Shown in pieces: positions 43,257 to 52,738 of a stretch of DNA of 64,000 nucleotides (the stretch's first letter is position 1; every line of letters starts with the position of its first letter). The position numbers and the translations under genes are program-made. The notes below the pieces were generated by a model. It saw only the letters and a program-made list of their open reading frames with translations. It did not search any database and had not been told where the DNA came from. Where the stretch lies: positions 19,770 through 83,769 of the forward strand of contig JACQWY010000037.1 in NCBI GenBank assembly GCA_016209015.1, read 5' to 3'. The DNA comes from Gammaproteobacteria bacterium (GTDB taxonomy: Bacteria; Pseudomonadota; Gammaproteobacteria; Ga0077536).

Positions 43257-43634
43257 ACTTATGCACAGGGGTCGGAGGGACTTTTTTTCGCCAGATGTAA
43301 AGCCGGGCGGTGTACCGCACATTGCATGTGGTCAATAGAAAGGCATCTTCTCCAAACTGCGGGGGCGGTCGATCAGCACGCCGCGGAGCCCAGCTACCAC
43401 GCGTCGCCCTCGCGCAGGCGAGGGCCCAGTCGTTCCGCCTCGGCGCGCAATTCGAACCCCGCGTCCAACGCCGGCGCTCGGCATCACCGCGTGAGATGAC
43501 GGGATCCATGGCCCGAGGTTCACTGCTCGTGCCGCAGGCCACCGGCCACGCCCTGGTCTGCACGAGGGCGACAGGGATCAGCCACGGTCTGGAGAAGAAC
43601 CGACAAAAAGTCCCTCCGACCCCTGTGGATAAGT
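43257..43634. repeat. Inverted repeat pair, family 3 (copy B) with ~320-bp interior
   Basis: ACTTATGCACAGGGGTCGGAGGGACTTTTT ... AAAAAGTCCCTCCGACCCCTGTGGATAAGT. Confidence 0.88.
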
Positions 43635-43639
43635 TCTGC

Positions 43640-44390
43640 TGCCGTTTCCTGCTGGCTCAGATAGCGTCCGAGGAACGTCCCGACGCGCCGCTCGTACTCG
43701 CCGGGCGCAAAGGCGTGCAGATCGACGTGCGCCGCGCCCTCCACGACCCAGAGATCCTTCGGCACGACGGCGGCGTCGAACAGGCGTCGCGCTTCCGGCA
43801 GCGTCGTGTGGCGATCCGCGGCGCCGGCGACGAGCAGCAGCGGTGCGTTCAGCGAGCGCAGATGATCGGCCGGGCGCAGCTCCCCGACGCCGATGCCGAG
43901 GCGCAGGCGAAGCTGGGTGAGCAGCAGCGGCGTCGCGAGCCGGACGACGGAGCCGAGATGCAGAGCGAAGCGGTCGGCCACGGCCTCGGTGATCGTCGGG
44001 TACATGGATTCGGGCACGACCGCTGCGACGGCCGGGCGCCGACTCGCGAGCAATTCACGCCGCGCCGCGCGAGACCCCGCTCATCCCGACACGCTCGCCG
44101 GGCAGTTCACGCCGTAACCACGTTAGCGCCGGCGCCACCCCGGCCGCTTCGCGCACCCCGAACGTGATCCGCTCGCCGCGGCTCTCGCCGTGGGCCTGGA
44201 GACCGACGAGCAGCACGGCGCAGCCCGCCGCAGGGAGAAAGCGCGCCCGGCCGAGCATCGCCCGCCGATCGCTGCGCACGCCGTGGAGCAGCCGCACCGC
44301 ACCCTGCCCCACCGTGCCCGGCGCGAATCAGCCCGCGATCGTGCCGCCCGCGGCGGTCTGCATGCTGACCGGGTTTGCAACGAGCTCCGC
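43640..44390 (-). pseudogene. Disrupted alpha/beta hydrolase
   Basis: LLHGVR, AHGESRG, GVSRGAA followed by a stop and frame change at ~44055, then AGAADRHT and GAAHVDL in another frame. Confidence 0.75.
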
Positions 44391-44397
44391 GGGTGGC

Positions 44398-44454
44398 GCA
44401 CCGAACTTCGCCGGCACCGAACTTCGCCGGCACCGAACTTCGCCGGCACCGAAC
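44398..44454 (+). repeat. Tandem repeat, 3.5 x GCACCGAACTTCGCCG
   Basis: Three exact 16-mers plus GCACCGAAC. Confidence 0.9.
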
Positions 44455-44540
44455 GCGGCGACGGCGATCGTCAGCACGATCGTGAAGGTGATGATGCCGA
44501 ACCGCCGCCGGGTGAGGATCCCCGTGCGAAGTATCGAGTA

Positions 44541-45950
44541 TCAGGAGGCCGTGAATTGTGCGCAGGCCCGGAATCGAGGACCCGCCCAGCGAATCGCTTG
44601 CACGCGCAGGACGTCGGCGGCGGCGGCGGCGGGCCCACAGTAGGCGTCCTTGAAAGAGCCGCGTGAGCATGCGGGCCGTGCACCGCGAGCGCTCAGATAG
44701 TCTGCATTGCTCTTCATGCCGTTCTGTTCAGCGTAATCGATGGCCCCGAACCCCTTGCCGTCGACAGCGTCCAGCTTCGCGCCGTGCTCGAGGAGCAGCG
44801 CGAGAATATCCGTACCTGCGTGCTGGGCGGCATGCATCAACGGCGTTCTGCCCGGGTGCACGATGAAGTACGAACACTGGATCTCGCTCAGTGCCTCGGC
44901 ACTCTTGTATTCGTGATTGGGATCGGCGCCCCGGCCGAGCAGGAATTCGACCGCGGCTTTGTCGTCTTTCTCTATGGCGTAGTACAGCGCCGTCTTGCCG
45001 AATCCGTTTTGATGATTGACGTCGGCACCGGCGGCGAGCAGCGCGCTCATGTCGCCGGGATCGTCCAGGGCGAAGAAGAGCGGGGTCTCGTCCTCTCGTT
45101 CATCCGGCTGCCACCCCGCGAGCAGCGCATCGACGATTTCACGAGATTTGTGTTCGAGCAGAGCGACCTTGAGTGCAGCTGCGCGCTCGGATGCAGCCGC
45201 CTTGGCTATCGCCGCGTCGAGATCGTCGGGCCGGGTCTCCGCAACAAGGACGGCTTTAGCGAGCGGCGGCATTGCCCACCAGGGAGGCTCGGCGCCTTCC
45301 GGTGCGGAGAACGAACCCGCGGCGCGAGTCCGGACAATGTCGACGACCTGCCGAGCCGCGGTATCCGCGACGCGTTCGGAGAAGCCGAAGCGTGCCTTGA
45401 AATGAGCCTGCAGTTGAGGCCGGATTTGCTCTTCCGTGGCCAGGAACTCATGCGCCAGACGGAAGTTCGACGGACTCCTGTGCGACCAGGCGGAGAAGTA
45501 GGTGTCCCAGTCCTCGCGCAGCCCTGTACCGGGGCTTTGCACACCAGGGGCGAGCCCGGCTCCCAGCAATGCGAACCTGTAGTATCGGTCCCATGCGTAG
45601 ACTATCGACCCGCTGCATTCGGACGATTGCTCCTCGCTGCGTATGGCCTCGGCGAGTCGCAGATACGGCTGTACGAACGGCAGCGAGCGGATGCCCCCCT
45701 CGCAGTCGAAGTCAATGGTGACGGGTGAGCCATGACCGGAACCGAGGTCTATAGCGCCGACGCCGAAGACGGCGAAGGGGTCGGCCTTCATTTCCTCGCA
45801 AGTGACGACGTTGTCGGCATAGGGCCCGGAAGGCGTCTCGGGTTCAGTCACTGTCGCCTCGTCTTCGGCAAGGCTGCCGAGGCTCCAGCAGCAGCAACAC
45901 AAGAGCAGGCCGGACAACAGCCGGCGACGCCGTTTCACGGTACCAATCAT
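44541..45950 (-). CDS. Exported ankyrin-repeat protein
   Basis: Signal peptide; ETPLFFA, GKTALYYA, GRTPLMHAA, GADVN and GADPN repeats. Confidence 0.85.
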   Translation of the reverse strand: MIGTVKRRRRLLSGLLLCCCCWSLGSLAEDEATVTEPETPSGPYADNVVTCEEMKADPFAVFGVGAIDLGSGHGSPVTIDFDCEGGIRSLPFVQPYLRLAEAIRSEEQSSECSGSIVYAWDRYYRFALLGAGLAPGVQSPGTGLREDWDTYFSAWSHRSPSNFRLAHEFLATEEQIRPQLQAHFKARFGFSERVADTAARQVVDIVRTRAAGSFSAPEGAEPPWWAMPPLAKAVLVAETRPDDLDAAIAKAAASERAAALKVALLEHKSREIVDALLAGWQPDEREDETPLFFALDDPGDMSALLAAGADVNHQNGFGKTALYYAIEKDDKAAVEFLLGRGADPNHEYKSAEALSEIQCSYFIVHPGRTPLMHAAQHAGTDILALLLEHGAKLDAVDGKGFGAIDYAEQNGMKSNADYLSARGARPACSRGSFKDAYCGPAAAAADVLRVQAIRWAGPRFRACAQFTAS

Positions 45951-46050
45951 TGGTGCGGGTCTCTTCCTGTGACAACCGGGGATGTAGCGCGATGTGCGCC
46001 ACCATAGCTTGCAGCCCGGGCGCGCGCCAGATCCGGAAATCTCAGCTCCA

Positions 46051-46181
46051 CACAGGGGTCTATCCACAGGGGTCGGAGGGACTTTTCATTGACCGGATGT
46101 AAAGGCCAGGACGGCGCCACGGTTTACATCTGGCCAAAAGAAAGTCCCTCCGACCCCTGTGGATAGACCCCTGTGGATAAG
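46051..46181. repeat. Inverted repeat pair, family 3 (copy C) with doubled ends
   Basis: CACAGGGGTCTATCCACAGGGGTCGGAGGGACTTT ... AAAGTCCCTCCGACCCCTGTGGATAGACCCCTGTGGATAAG. Confidence 0.9.
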
Positions 46182-46183
46182 CG

Positions 46184-46780
46184 CTAGCGCGCTGTGGCGG
46201 CCTGAATCTGCTGCGCCGCTTCGAGGGGCATCAGCACGGCCGGCGACGTCTGGCGGGAGTACGCGAGCAACTTGTCGTTCTGGCCCGTCGAGAGTTCCCG
46301 GAACAGCAGGTTCGCGGCTTTCTGAGGGTCCGTAATCTCCGTCGCGACATACTCGCGATCCGGATCTTCGTGCTTCTCGACGGCTTTCCGCGCGGTGCCG
46401 TGCTCCTTGTCCGCGGGCGCCGGACGTTCGAGCTTCAGATCGTCGCGGATTGCCGCGAGCTGGCCGTTCGCGCGCGTGTGGTCCTCGATCATCATCGCGG
46501 CGAACTTACCGACGCTCTCGTCCTGCGTGCGCTGCTGCGCGCGCTTCGCGAGCTCGGACATCAGCACGCCGGCGAGCGGCGCGTCGGAGGGGTCGCAACG
46601 CGCCTCGAGCAACGCTTTCTGCCGTGCCATCACGCCGGCCTTCGCGGCTTCGTCGATCGCGCGCATGACGTCGAAGGGCACGGTCGGCAGCGGCCGGTAC
46701 GTCGCATCGGGCGAAGGGGATCCGCGCCTGCGAGCGCCGCGACGAGACCGAGGGACGGCATTACCGGTTTCGATTTCATC
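46184..46780 (-). pseudogene. Degenerate DUF4142-domain gene joined to an unrelated N-terminal fragment
   Basis: FAAMMIEDHTRAN..L and DREYV are DUF4142-like; the signal-peptide-like start lies in another frame. Confidence 0.55.
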
Positions 46781-47033
46781 GCGGGCCCCTTTGGAACGTC
46801 GCCGGACTCTGCGGCCCGGTGGCGGGTCCGGTTCGTCGGACAGGCGCGCGAGCCCGTGTCGGGCGCCGGCGGACAGCGCGCCGCCAGCGCAGACGAAACA
46901 GGGCATATTTCGCAGCGCGCGGCACGCGCCCTTTGCGACACTCCGGGCGCACGCCGCTGCGCGTCGCACCCGTCCGGAGGTGGGCGGGTCAGGGATTCAA
47001 TGCATTCGAACGACTCGAAGAAAGGACATAGCC

Positions 47034-47687
47034 ATGTGCAAATCGAAGAGGATCGGCTTCCTCGCCGGCGCGCTGCTCGCCGCGGGCGTCATCCAGCAGG
47101 CGGACGCCGCGAGCTACACCGCCGTCGCGACCGGCAGTCAGACACCCCTCCTGGCGCCGAGCAGCGCGACCGTGACGAACGGTGATTTCCAGATCGGCCC
47201 GAATCCGGGGGCGAGCACGACGGGCGACGGCTGGGATGAATGGACGACCTGGTCGTTCGACTTCAATGCCGCCGGCGGCTATCCCGTTCTCGGCTTCGGC
47301 GCGCCGCTCATTTCCGCGACGCTCACGCTGTCGCTGCGCACGCCCTGGTTCCCCGGCCCGCCGACGGACGTCGTGACGCCGAACGGCGGCGGTTTCAACG
47401 GCATCGTCATCCCGACGTTCATCACCGCGGCCGATCCGGGCGGCAACTACGGCACGGGCACGATGAGCTTCGAGCTGCTGAACCGCGATTCGACCTACAC
47501 GTCGGACAGTCTCCTGAGCTTCCTGAACCTCCACGAAGGCCTGTTACCGATGATCTACGGCGACGACGCCATTGTGTACCACGCGACGCTCGAGCTCTCG
47601 ACGGATCCCTTGCCGCTGCCGGGCGCGGTCTGGCTGCTCGCCGCACCGCTCGCCGCGATCGCGCGACGCAAACGGCCCGCCGCGTGA
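47034..47687 (+). CDS. Secreted protein with a VPLPA/PEP-CTERM-like sorting signal
   Basis: Signal peptide; C-terminal LPLPGAVWLL...RRKR; AAGGA RBS. Confidence 0.8.
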   Translation: MCKSKRIGFLAGALLAAGVIQQADAASYTAVATGSQTPLLAPSSATVTNGDFQIGPNPGASTTGDGWDEWTTWSFDFNAAGGYPVLGFGAPLISATLTLSLRTPWFPGPPTDVVTPNGGGFNGIVIPTFITAADPGGNYGTGTMSFELLNRDSTYTSDSLLSFLNLHEGLLPMIYGDDAIVYHATLELSTDPLPLPGAVWLLAAPLAAIARRKRPAA

Positions 47688-47763
47688 CTTCCAGCGGCGC
47701 GGATCGCGAGATCCGCGCCGCCCCGGGCTTCATCCGCGCCGCGTGCTGTGGCATCTTCCCGCC

Positions 47764-48423
47764 ATGCGCTGCGACGATCTCCTGAAGCACCACATCACCG
47801 CCCGCCTCACGGCGTTCGAGCGCCAGCACGCGATCGCGGAAGGCGCGCGCGCCGCCGCCGTCGCGGTGACGGTCACCGACGAAGGCCACGGCGCGGCGCT
47901 GCCGGGCATGCCGCAGTACGCGCGATGGCAGGCGAACGCAGCGCTCGTCCTCACGCGCCGCTCGATGCGGCTCGCGAATCACGCGGGCCAGTGGGCGCTG
48001 CCCGGCGGGCGCATCGATCCCGGCGAGACGCCGGAGGACACCGCGCTGCGCGAGCTCGAGGAAGAGGTCGGACTCTCGCTCGGCCACGACGCCATCCTCG
48101 GCCGGCTCGACGATTTCGTGACGCGCTCGGGCTTCATCATGACGCCGGTCGTAATCTGGGCGGGCCCGCATCCCGAGTTCCATCCGAACGAGCACGAGGT
48201 CGAATCCGTGCATCGCATCGCGGTCACGGAATTCATGCGCGAGGATGCGCCGCTGCTCGACGACGGTCCGGAGCCCGGCCGCCCGGTGCTGCGCATGCCG
48301 GTCGGCTCCGACTGGATCGCGGCCCCCACTGCCGCAATCCTCTATCAGTTCAGCGAGGTATGTCTGCGCGGCCGCCGCACGCGCGTCGCCCATTTCGATC
48401 AGCCGGCGTTCGCGTGGCGATGA
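47764..48423 (+). CDS. CoA pyrophosphatase-type NUDIX hydrolase
   Basis: HAGQWALPGGR, ALRELEEEVG Nudix box. Confidence 0.9.
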   Translation: MRCDDLLKHHITARLTAFERQHAIAEGARAAAVAVTVTDEGHGAALPGMPQYARWQANAALVLTRRSMRLANHAGQWALPGGRIDPGETPEDTALRELEEEVGLSLGHDAILGRLDDFVTRSGFIMTPVVIWAGPHPEFHPNEHEVESVHRIAVTEFMREDAPLLDDGPEPGRPVLRMPVGSDWIAAPTAAILYQFSEVCLRGRRTRVAHFDQPAFAWR

Positions 48424-48425
48424 GA

Positions 48426-48513
48426 AATTACGGGGACACGACACTCAATTCGGTTCCGAAATGCTCATCCGCCCCGGCGGCTTGCGGCAATTGAGTGTCG
48501 TGTCCCCGTAATT
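48426..48513. repeat. Perfect 25-bp inverted repeat (family 4)
   Basis: AATTACGGGGACACGACACTCAATT ... AATTGAGTGTCGTGTCCCCGTAATT. Confidence 0.88.
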
Positions 48514-48517
48514 CTCC

Positions 48518-48724
48518 GTAGGACCGATCAGCCGCAGGCGTAATCGGACGCTCGCGATCCTGCGAACCGGCGCGTCGCCGCGGGTCGAGCGAACGTCCGA
48601 TTACGCTGCGCTAATCAATGCACCTACCGCCTGCGAACGCGAAGACCGCGATCGATGCGCCTCCTTCGGCGGCGCATCCTATGACGAAGCTCCGTAGGAC
48701 CGATCAGTCGCAGGCGTAATCGGA
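48518..48724. repeat. BIME-like cluster of family 2 REPs
   Basis: Copies at 48518-48549 (+), 48595-48627 (-, degenerate) and 48694-48724 (+). Confidence 0.82.
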
Positions 48725-48750
48725 ATGGACCTGCGAGTCTCTGCGTGATC

Positions 48751-50697
48751 TCACTTGCGGAGCTCGGCCGTCGCAGCCTCGTCGACGACGAGCCCTTCCG
48801 GGTCGTAATACGGGTCGCCCGTGATGACGACCCCATAAGCCTCGCGCGCCATCTCGAGACTCACGTAGCCGTTGCGCACGTCGCGCAGCACGCGCTCGAC
48901 AGGCCGCTGCTTCGGCTTGCCCCAGCCGCCGCCGCCGTTCGTGATGTAGCGCGAGGTCGCGCCGGGCTGGGTGCGCCACACCGGCTCGCGGCCGAAGTAG
49001 AAGTACTCGCCTTTCGCGTCGAGCGCCTTCGTCTCGGAATTGAGCACGCCGCAGATCGGCGTCGAGTGCGCATAGGCCGAATCCTCGAGTCCGATCAGCG
49101 CGAGCTTGCCGTCCGCTCGCGGCGGGAACAGCCACGCCGCGCCCATGCCGCCATGCATGCCGCCGTAGACGCCGTTGCCGGTCGGCGTCTTCACGCGCAG
49201 ATAGCTGCTGTAGTGATCGGCAGAGGTCTGCCACAGGGCGTCCTTGATGACGGCTGCACCACCGCGGTTGAAGCCGGGCCCCCCGGAATCGATCGCGTAT
49301 TCCTTGCGCATCATGAGCACGGGCGAATCCTGCTCCATCGCTTCCGTCGAGGGATCGAGGCCGTTCACCATGTAGGTCACGGTGTAGGAATCGCCGTCCG
49401 CTGATTTGTCCGCGCCCCACGGGCCGTGCTCGCTGCCGACGGTCGCGACGTTCGCCCAGGCCGAACCGTCGGCGCGCAGCCCGTGCGCGTTGTGCACGCC
49501 GAGCGAGCCGAAATCGCCGCCGAACGCCTCCTCGCCCATCACCCGCCCGAGCTCGCGGAGCACCGCCGTCAGCAGCGTCTGCGTCATCTCCCAGTAGAGG
49601 AAGATCGCGCCGTCCGGCGGCATCGCCGAGAGCACCGTGCCGGGCGGCAGCACGATGTCGATGTCGCGATACGCGCCCGAGGTGAACGGCGTGTCGTGAT
49701 CGAGCAGGAGCTTGAAGGCCGCGCCGATCGCCGTCTTCGTGTCGAGCGGCCCGGCGTTGATGCAGGTCCGCGCCTGCGGCGAGGAGCCGCTCAGGTCGAC
49801 TTCGACGCGCCCGCCCGTCTTCGTGATCTTCGCGCGCACGACGATCTCCTCGTCGTCGCCGGCCCCGTCCGCGTCCATGCGGTCCTCGGCGTGATACACG
49901 CCGTCCGGCAGGCGCTGCAGCGCATCGCGCATCGCTTCCGCCGAGACGTCGCAGCAGTAGCGCGCCGTACCGCGGAACGCATCGGCGCCGTAGCGCTGGA
50001 TCGACTCCAGCAGCAGGCGCTCGCCCAACTGCAGTTGCTGGAACATGGTCATGAAGTCGGGCTGCAGCACGGCGGCGAAGCGCGTGTTGTCGAACACGAG
50101 GCTGAACGTCGACTTCACGGGCTTGTTGTTCTCGAACAGCAGCATCGGCCCGAGCACGAGACCGTTGACGTAGACGTTCTCCTTCGTCGCCGAGAAGCCG
50201 CCGGGCGCGACGCCGCCCATGTCGAGCTGATGCGCCCGCACGTTCACGTAGGCAATCGGTTTGCCCTCGAAGAACACCGGGCGGATGAAGCACACGTCGT
50301 TGACGTGCGTGCCGGCGCGGTAGGGATCGTTGCACATCAGGACGTCGCCGGGCTTCAGGTTATCGACGCCGTATTCCTCGACGATGTTGCGGATCGCATC
50401 CTCCATCGTGCCGAGGAAGACGACGAGCGAGCTCGAGACGGCGCACATCGGGTAGTCGAGATCCGTGGGCCCCGAGATCGTGATCGCGAAGTCGTACCAG
50501 TCGCGGATGATGGGCGAGAAGGCGCTGAACATGAGACCGGTGCTCATGTGATCGACGATGTAGCGCAGCCGGTTGCCGAACACCATCGCGGTGAAGCGCT
50601 CGCAGCCGTAGATGTCGCGGAACTGCTCCTCGGTCCAGTCGCGCAGGCGGCCGCTCGTCGCGGCGGATTCCATCGTGCGGGTGGCGGGTGTGCTCAT
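48751..50697 (-). CDS. Hydantoinase B/oxoprolinase-family subunit
   Basis: FSPIIRDWYD, NDPYRAGTHVND, AHQLDMGG, DSGGPG..RGG, GGGGWG. Confidence 0.93.
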   Translation of the reverse strand: MSTPATRTMESAATSGRLRDWTEEQFRDIYGCERFTAMVFGNRLRYIVDHMSTGLMFSAFSPIIRDWYDFAITISGPTDLDYPMCAVSSSLVVFLGTMEDAIRNIVEEYGVDNLKPGDVLMCNDPYRAGTHVNDVCFIRPVFFEGKPIAYVNVRAHQLDMGGVAPGGFSATKENVYVNGLVLGPMLLFENNKPVKSTFSLVFDNTRFAAVLQPDFMTMFQQLQLGERLLLESIQRYGADAFRGTARYCCDVSAEAMRDALQRLPDGVYHAEDRMDADGAGDDEEIVVRAKITKTGGRVEVDLSGSSPQARTCINAGPLDTKTAIGAAFKLLLDHDTPFTSGAYRDIDIVLPPGTVLSAMPPDGAIFLYWEMTQTLLTAVLRELGRVMGEEAFGGDFGSLGVHNAHGLRADGSAWANVATVGSEHGPWGADKSADGDSYTVTYMVNGLDPSTEAMEQDSPVLMMRKEYAIDSGGPGFNRGGAAVIKDALWQTSADHYSSYLRVKTPTGNGVYGGMHGGMGAAWLFPPRADGKLALIGLEDSAYAHSTPICGVLNSETKALDAKGEYFYFGREPVWRTQPGATSRYITNGGGGWGKPKQRPVERVLRDVRNGYVSLEMAREAYGVVITGDPYYDPEGLVVDEAATAELRK

Positions 50698-50709
50698 GTG
50701 TGTCCCCCC

Positions 50710-52734
50710 TTACGCTTTCCGCTCGATGCGGAGTTCACCGAACCGCCCGACGCGGGCGATCTGGTTCTGGGTGATGTAGGTCGTCGACAGCGCCTCGCGC
50801 ACGATCGCCGGCCCCGCTATCTCGTCGCCGGACCGCAGATCGTCGCGCGCATAGATCTGCGCGAGCTGCTCGGCATCGGAGAGATAGCGCAACACGCTCG
50901 TGCCGATGCTCTTCAGCGCCGCGCCGCGGCGTTCGGCGAGCGGCTCGTAGGCGACCTTGTCGGTATGCACGACGGCGCGCACGCGATACGTCACGCCCTG
51001 CACCGGGATTGATTCGAAGCGGTTGCCGTTGCGCTCGAAGTAGGCGTCGTGGAAGTTGCGGATCATGGTCTGGATGGTCTCGACCGTGAACGGTCCACCC
51101 GGCACGGCGACGAACGGCGTCTCCCAGGTCTGGCCGACGAGCTGGCCGTCGAAGGCGCGCACGAATTCGACGTCCTTGCCCGGCCCGAGGCGCTTGCGGA
51201 GCTTCTCCTCCATCGCCTCGAACACACGGCCGATGTGCTCGACGGAATCCGTCGACAGCACGCGATACGCGCTCTGACTGATGGAATACACCTGATCGGC
51301 GGACAAGAGCCCGAGCGCCGAGAAGAGGCCCGGATGCGGCGGCACGATCACGCGCTTGACGTGGATGAGATCGGCGATCGCCGGCAGCAGCAGCGGCCCG
51401 GCCGCCCCGTAGGCGACGAGCGAGTAGTCGCGCGGATCGATGCCGTTCTTCACCGCGATGTTGAAGATGCCTTCCGCGATGTTGTTGAGCCCGATGTCGT
51501 AGGCATAGCGCACGCGATGCTCGAAGGACAGCGGCGTGTCGAGATTCTCGAAGGACTTGCGCGCGAGATCCGCGTCGAGCTTCATCTTGCCGCCGGCGAA
51601 GCCGTTCGGATCGATGAGGCCCGCGAGCACGCAGAGATCGGACATCGTCGGCTGCGTGCCGCCGCGGCCGTAGCACGCCGGGCCGGGATCCGCACCCGCG
51701 CTCTTCGGACCGACGGTGATGTCGCCGGCGGGCGAGATCGCGATGATGCTGCCGCCGCCCGCGCCGATCGAGGAGATGTCGTTCGACAGCGCGTTGACGA
51801 TCAGATCGTGCTCGAGCTGGAACGTCGTGTTCACGAACGGCTTGCCGTGCGTGACGAGGCTGATGTCGCAGGACGTGCCGCCGATGTCCGCGCAGAGCAG
51901 ATTCGGCTCCTCGATCATCGAGCCGAAGTGCGCGCAGCCGACGGTACCCGCGGCGGGGCCGGCGAAGACGATCTTGAAGGGTGCGGCCATCGCGTCCTGC
52001 GCCGGCACGAGGCTCGCCGTGCAGTCCGCGAAATTCAACTGGCCGCTGAAGCCGCTCTCGCGGAGCCCCGCGTCGAGGCGCTGCGTGTACTGCTCGTAGA
52101 TGATCTTCATGAACACGTCGACGAGGCTCGTCGAGGCCCGCGCGTATTCCTTCGCGAGCGGGGAGATCTCGCTCGACACCGAGCACGGCACGTCGCCGAG
52201 CTCCTCGCGCACGAGCTCGCGCAGGCGCAGCTCGTGGGCATTGTTCGTGTAGGCGTTCAGGAGACAGATCGCGACGCCCTCCACCTTGCAGCGGCCGAGC
52301 ACGCGGATTTCCTCGCGCGCCTGCGCCTCGTCGAGTGCGATCAGCACTGCGCCGGAGGCCGCGATGCGTTCGACGATGCCGCGGCGCAGATAGCGCTGCA
52401 CGAGCGGCCGCGCGGCATCGCCGAAGGAGCGCCGCCAGCCCGGGTTCGTGAGCGCGGACGAGGGCCGCCAGGTGCGGCCGATGTCGGGGATGTCGCGATG
52501 GCCCTGCGTCGTGAGGAAGCCGATCTTCGGGAGCGAGCGCGTGATGATCGCGTTCAACCCGTGCGTGCTCGCGTGATTGAAGACCTTCGCCCGTTCCACG
52601 CCGAGCTCGCGCGCGCCGGTCACGACGCCGGCATGAACCTGTTTGTAGTCGGTCGAGACCTTCGCGGTGCGGATCTCGCCGTCGCGGACCGCGACCACGT
52701 CGGTGAACGTGCCGCCTACGTCGACTGCCATCAT
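50710..52734 (-). CDS. Hydantoinase A/oxoprolinase-family subunit
   Basis: VDVGGTFTD, DIGGTSCD, GAGGGS, SAGADPGPACYGRGG. Confidence 0.93.
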   Translation of the reverse strand: MMAVDVGGTFTDVVAVRDGEIRTAKVSTDYKQVHAGVVTGARELGVERAKVFNHASTHGLNAIITRSLPKIGFLTTQGHRDIPDIGRTWRPSSALTNPGWRRSFGDAARPLVQRYLRRGIVERIAASGAVLIALDEAQAREEIRVLGRCKVEGVAICLLNAYTNNAHELRLRELVREELGDVPCSVSSEISPLAKEYARASTSLVDVFMKIIYEQYTQRLDAGLRESGFSGQLNFADCTASLVPAQDAMAAPFKIVFAGPAAGTVGCAHFGSMIEEPNLLCADIGGTSCDISLVTHGKPFVNTTFQLEHDLIVNALSNDISSIGAGGGSIIAISPAGDITVGPKSAGADPGPACYGRGGTQPTMSDLCVLAGLIDPNGFAGGKMKLDADLARKSFENLDTPLSFEHRVRYAYDIGLNNIAEGIFNIAVKNGIDPRDYSLVAYGAAGPLLLPAIADLIHVKRVIVPPHPGLFSALGLLSADQVYSISQSAYRVLSTDSVEHIGRVFEAMEEKLRKRLGPGKDVEFVRAFDGQLVGQTWETPFVAVPGGPFTVETIQTMIRNFHDAYFERNGNRFESIPVQGVTYRVRAVVHTDKVAYEPLAERRGAALKSIGTSVLRYLSDAEQLAQIYARDDLRSGDEIAGPAIVREALSTTYITQNQIARVGRFGELRIERKA

Positions 52735-52738
52735 GGGT

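Noticed and set aside
41024-46181. Replication origin (oriC)
   Set aside because: The DnaA boxes lie inside dispersed repeat arms, with no AT-rich unwinding region and no dnaA/gidA context
46921-46936. sigma54 promoter before the 47034 gene (GGCACGCGCCCTTTGC)
   Set aside because: GG-to-GC spacing is 12 nt rather than the required 10
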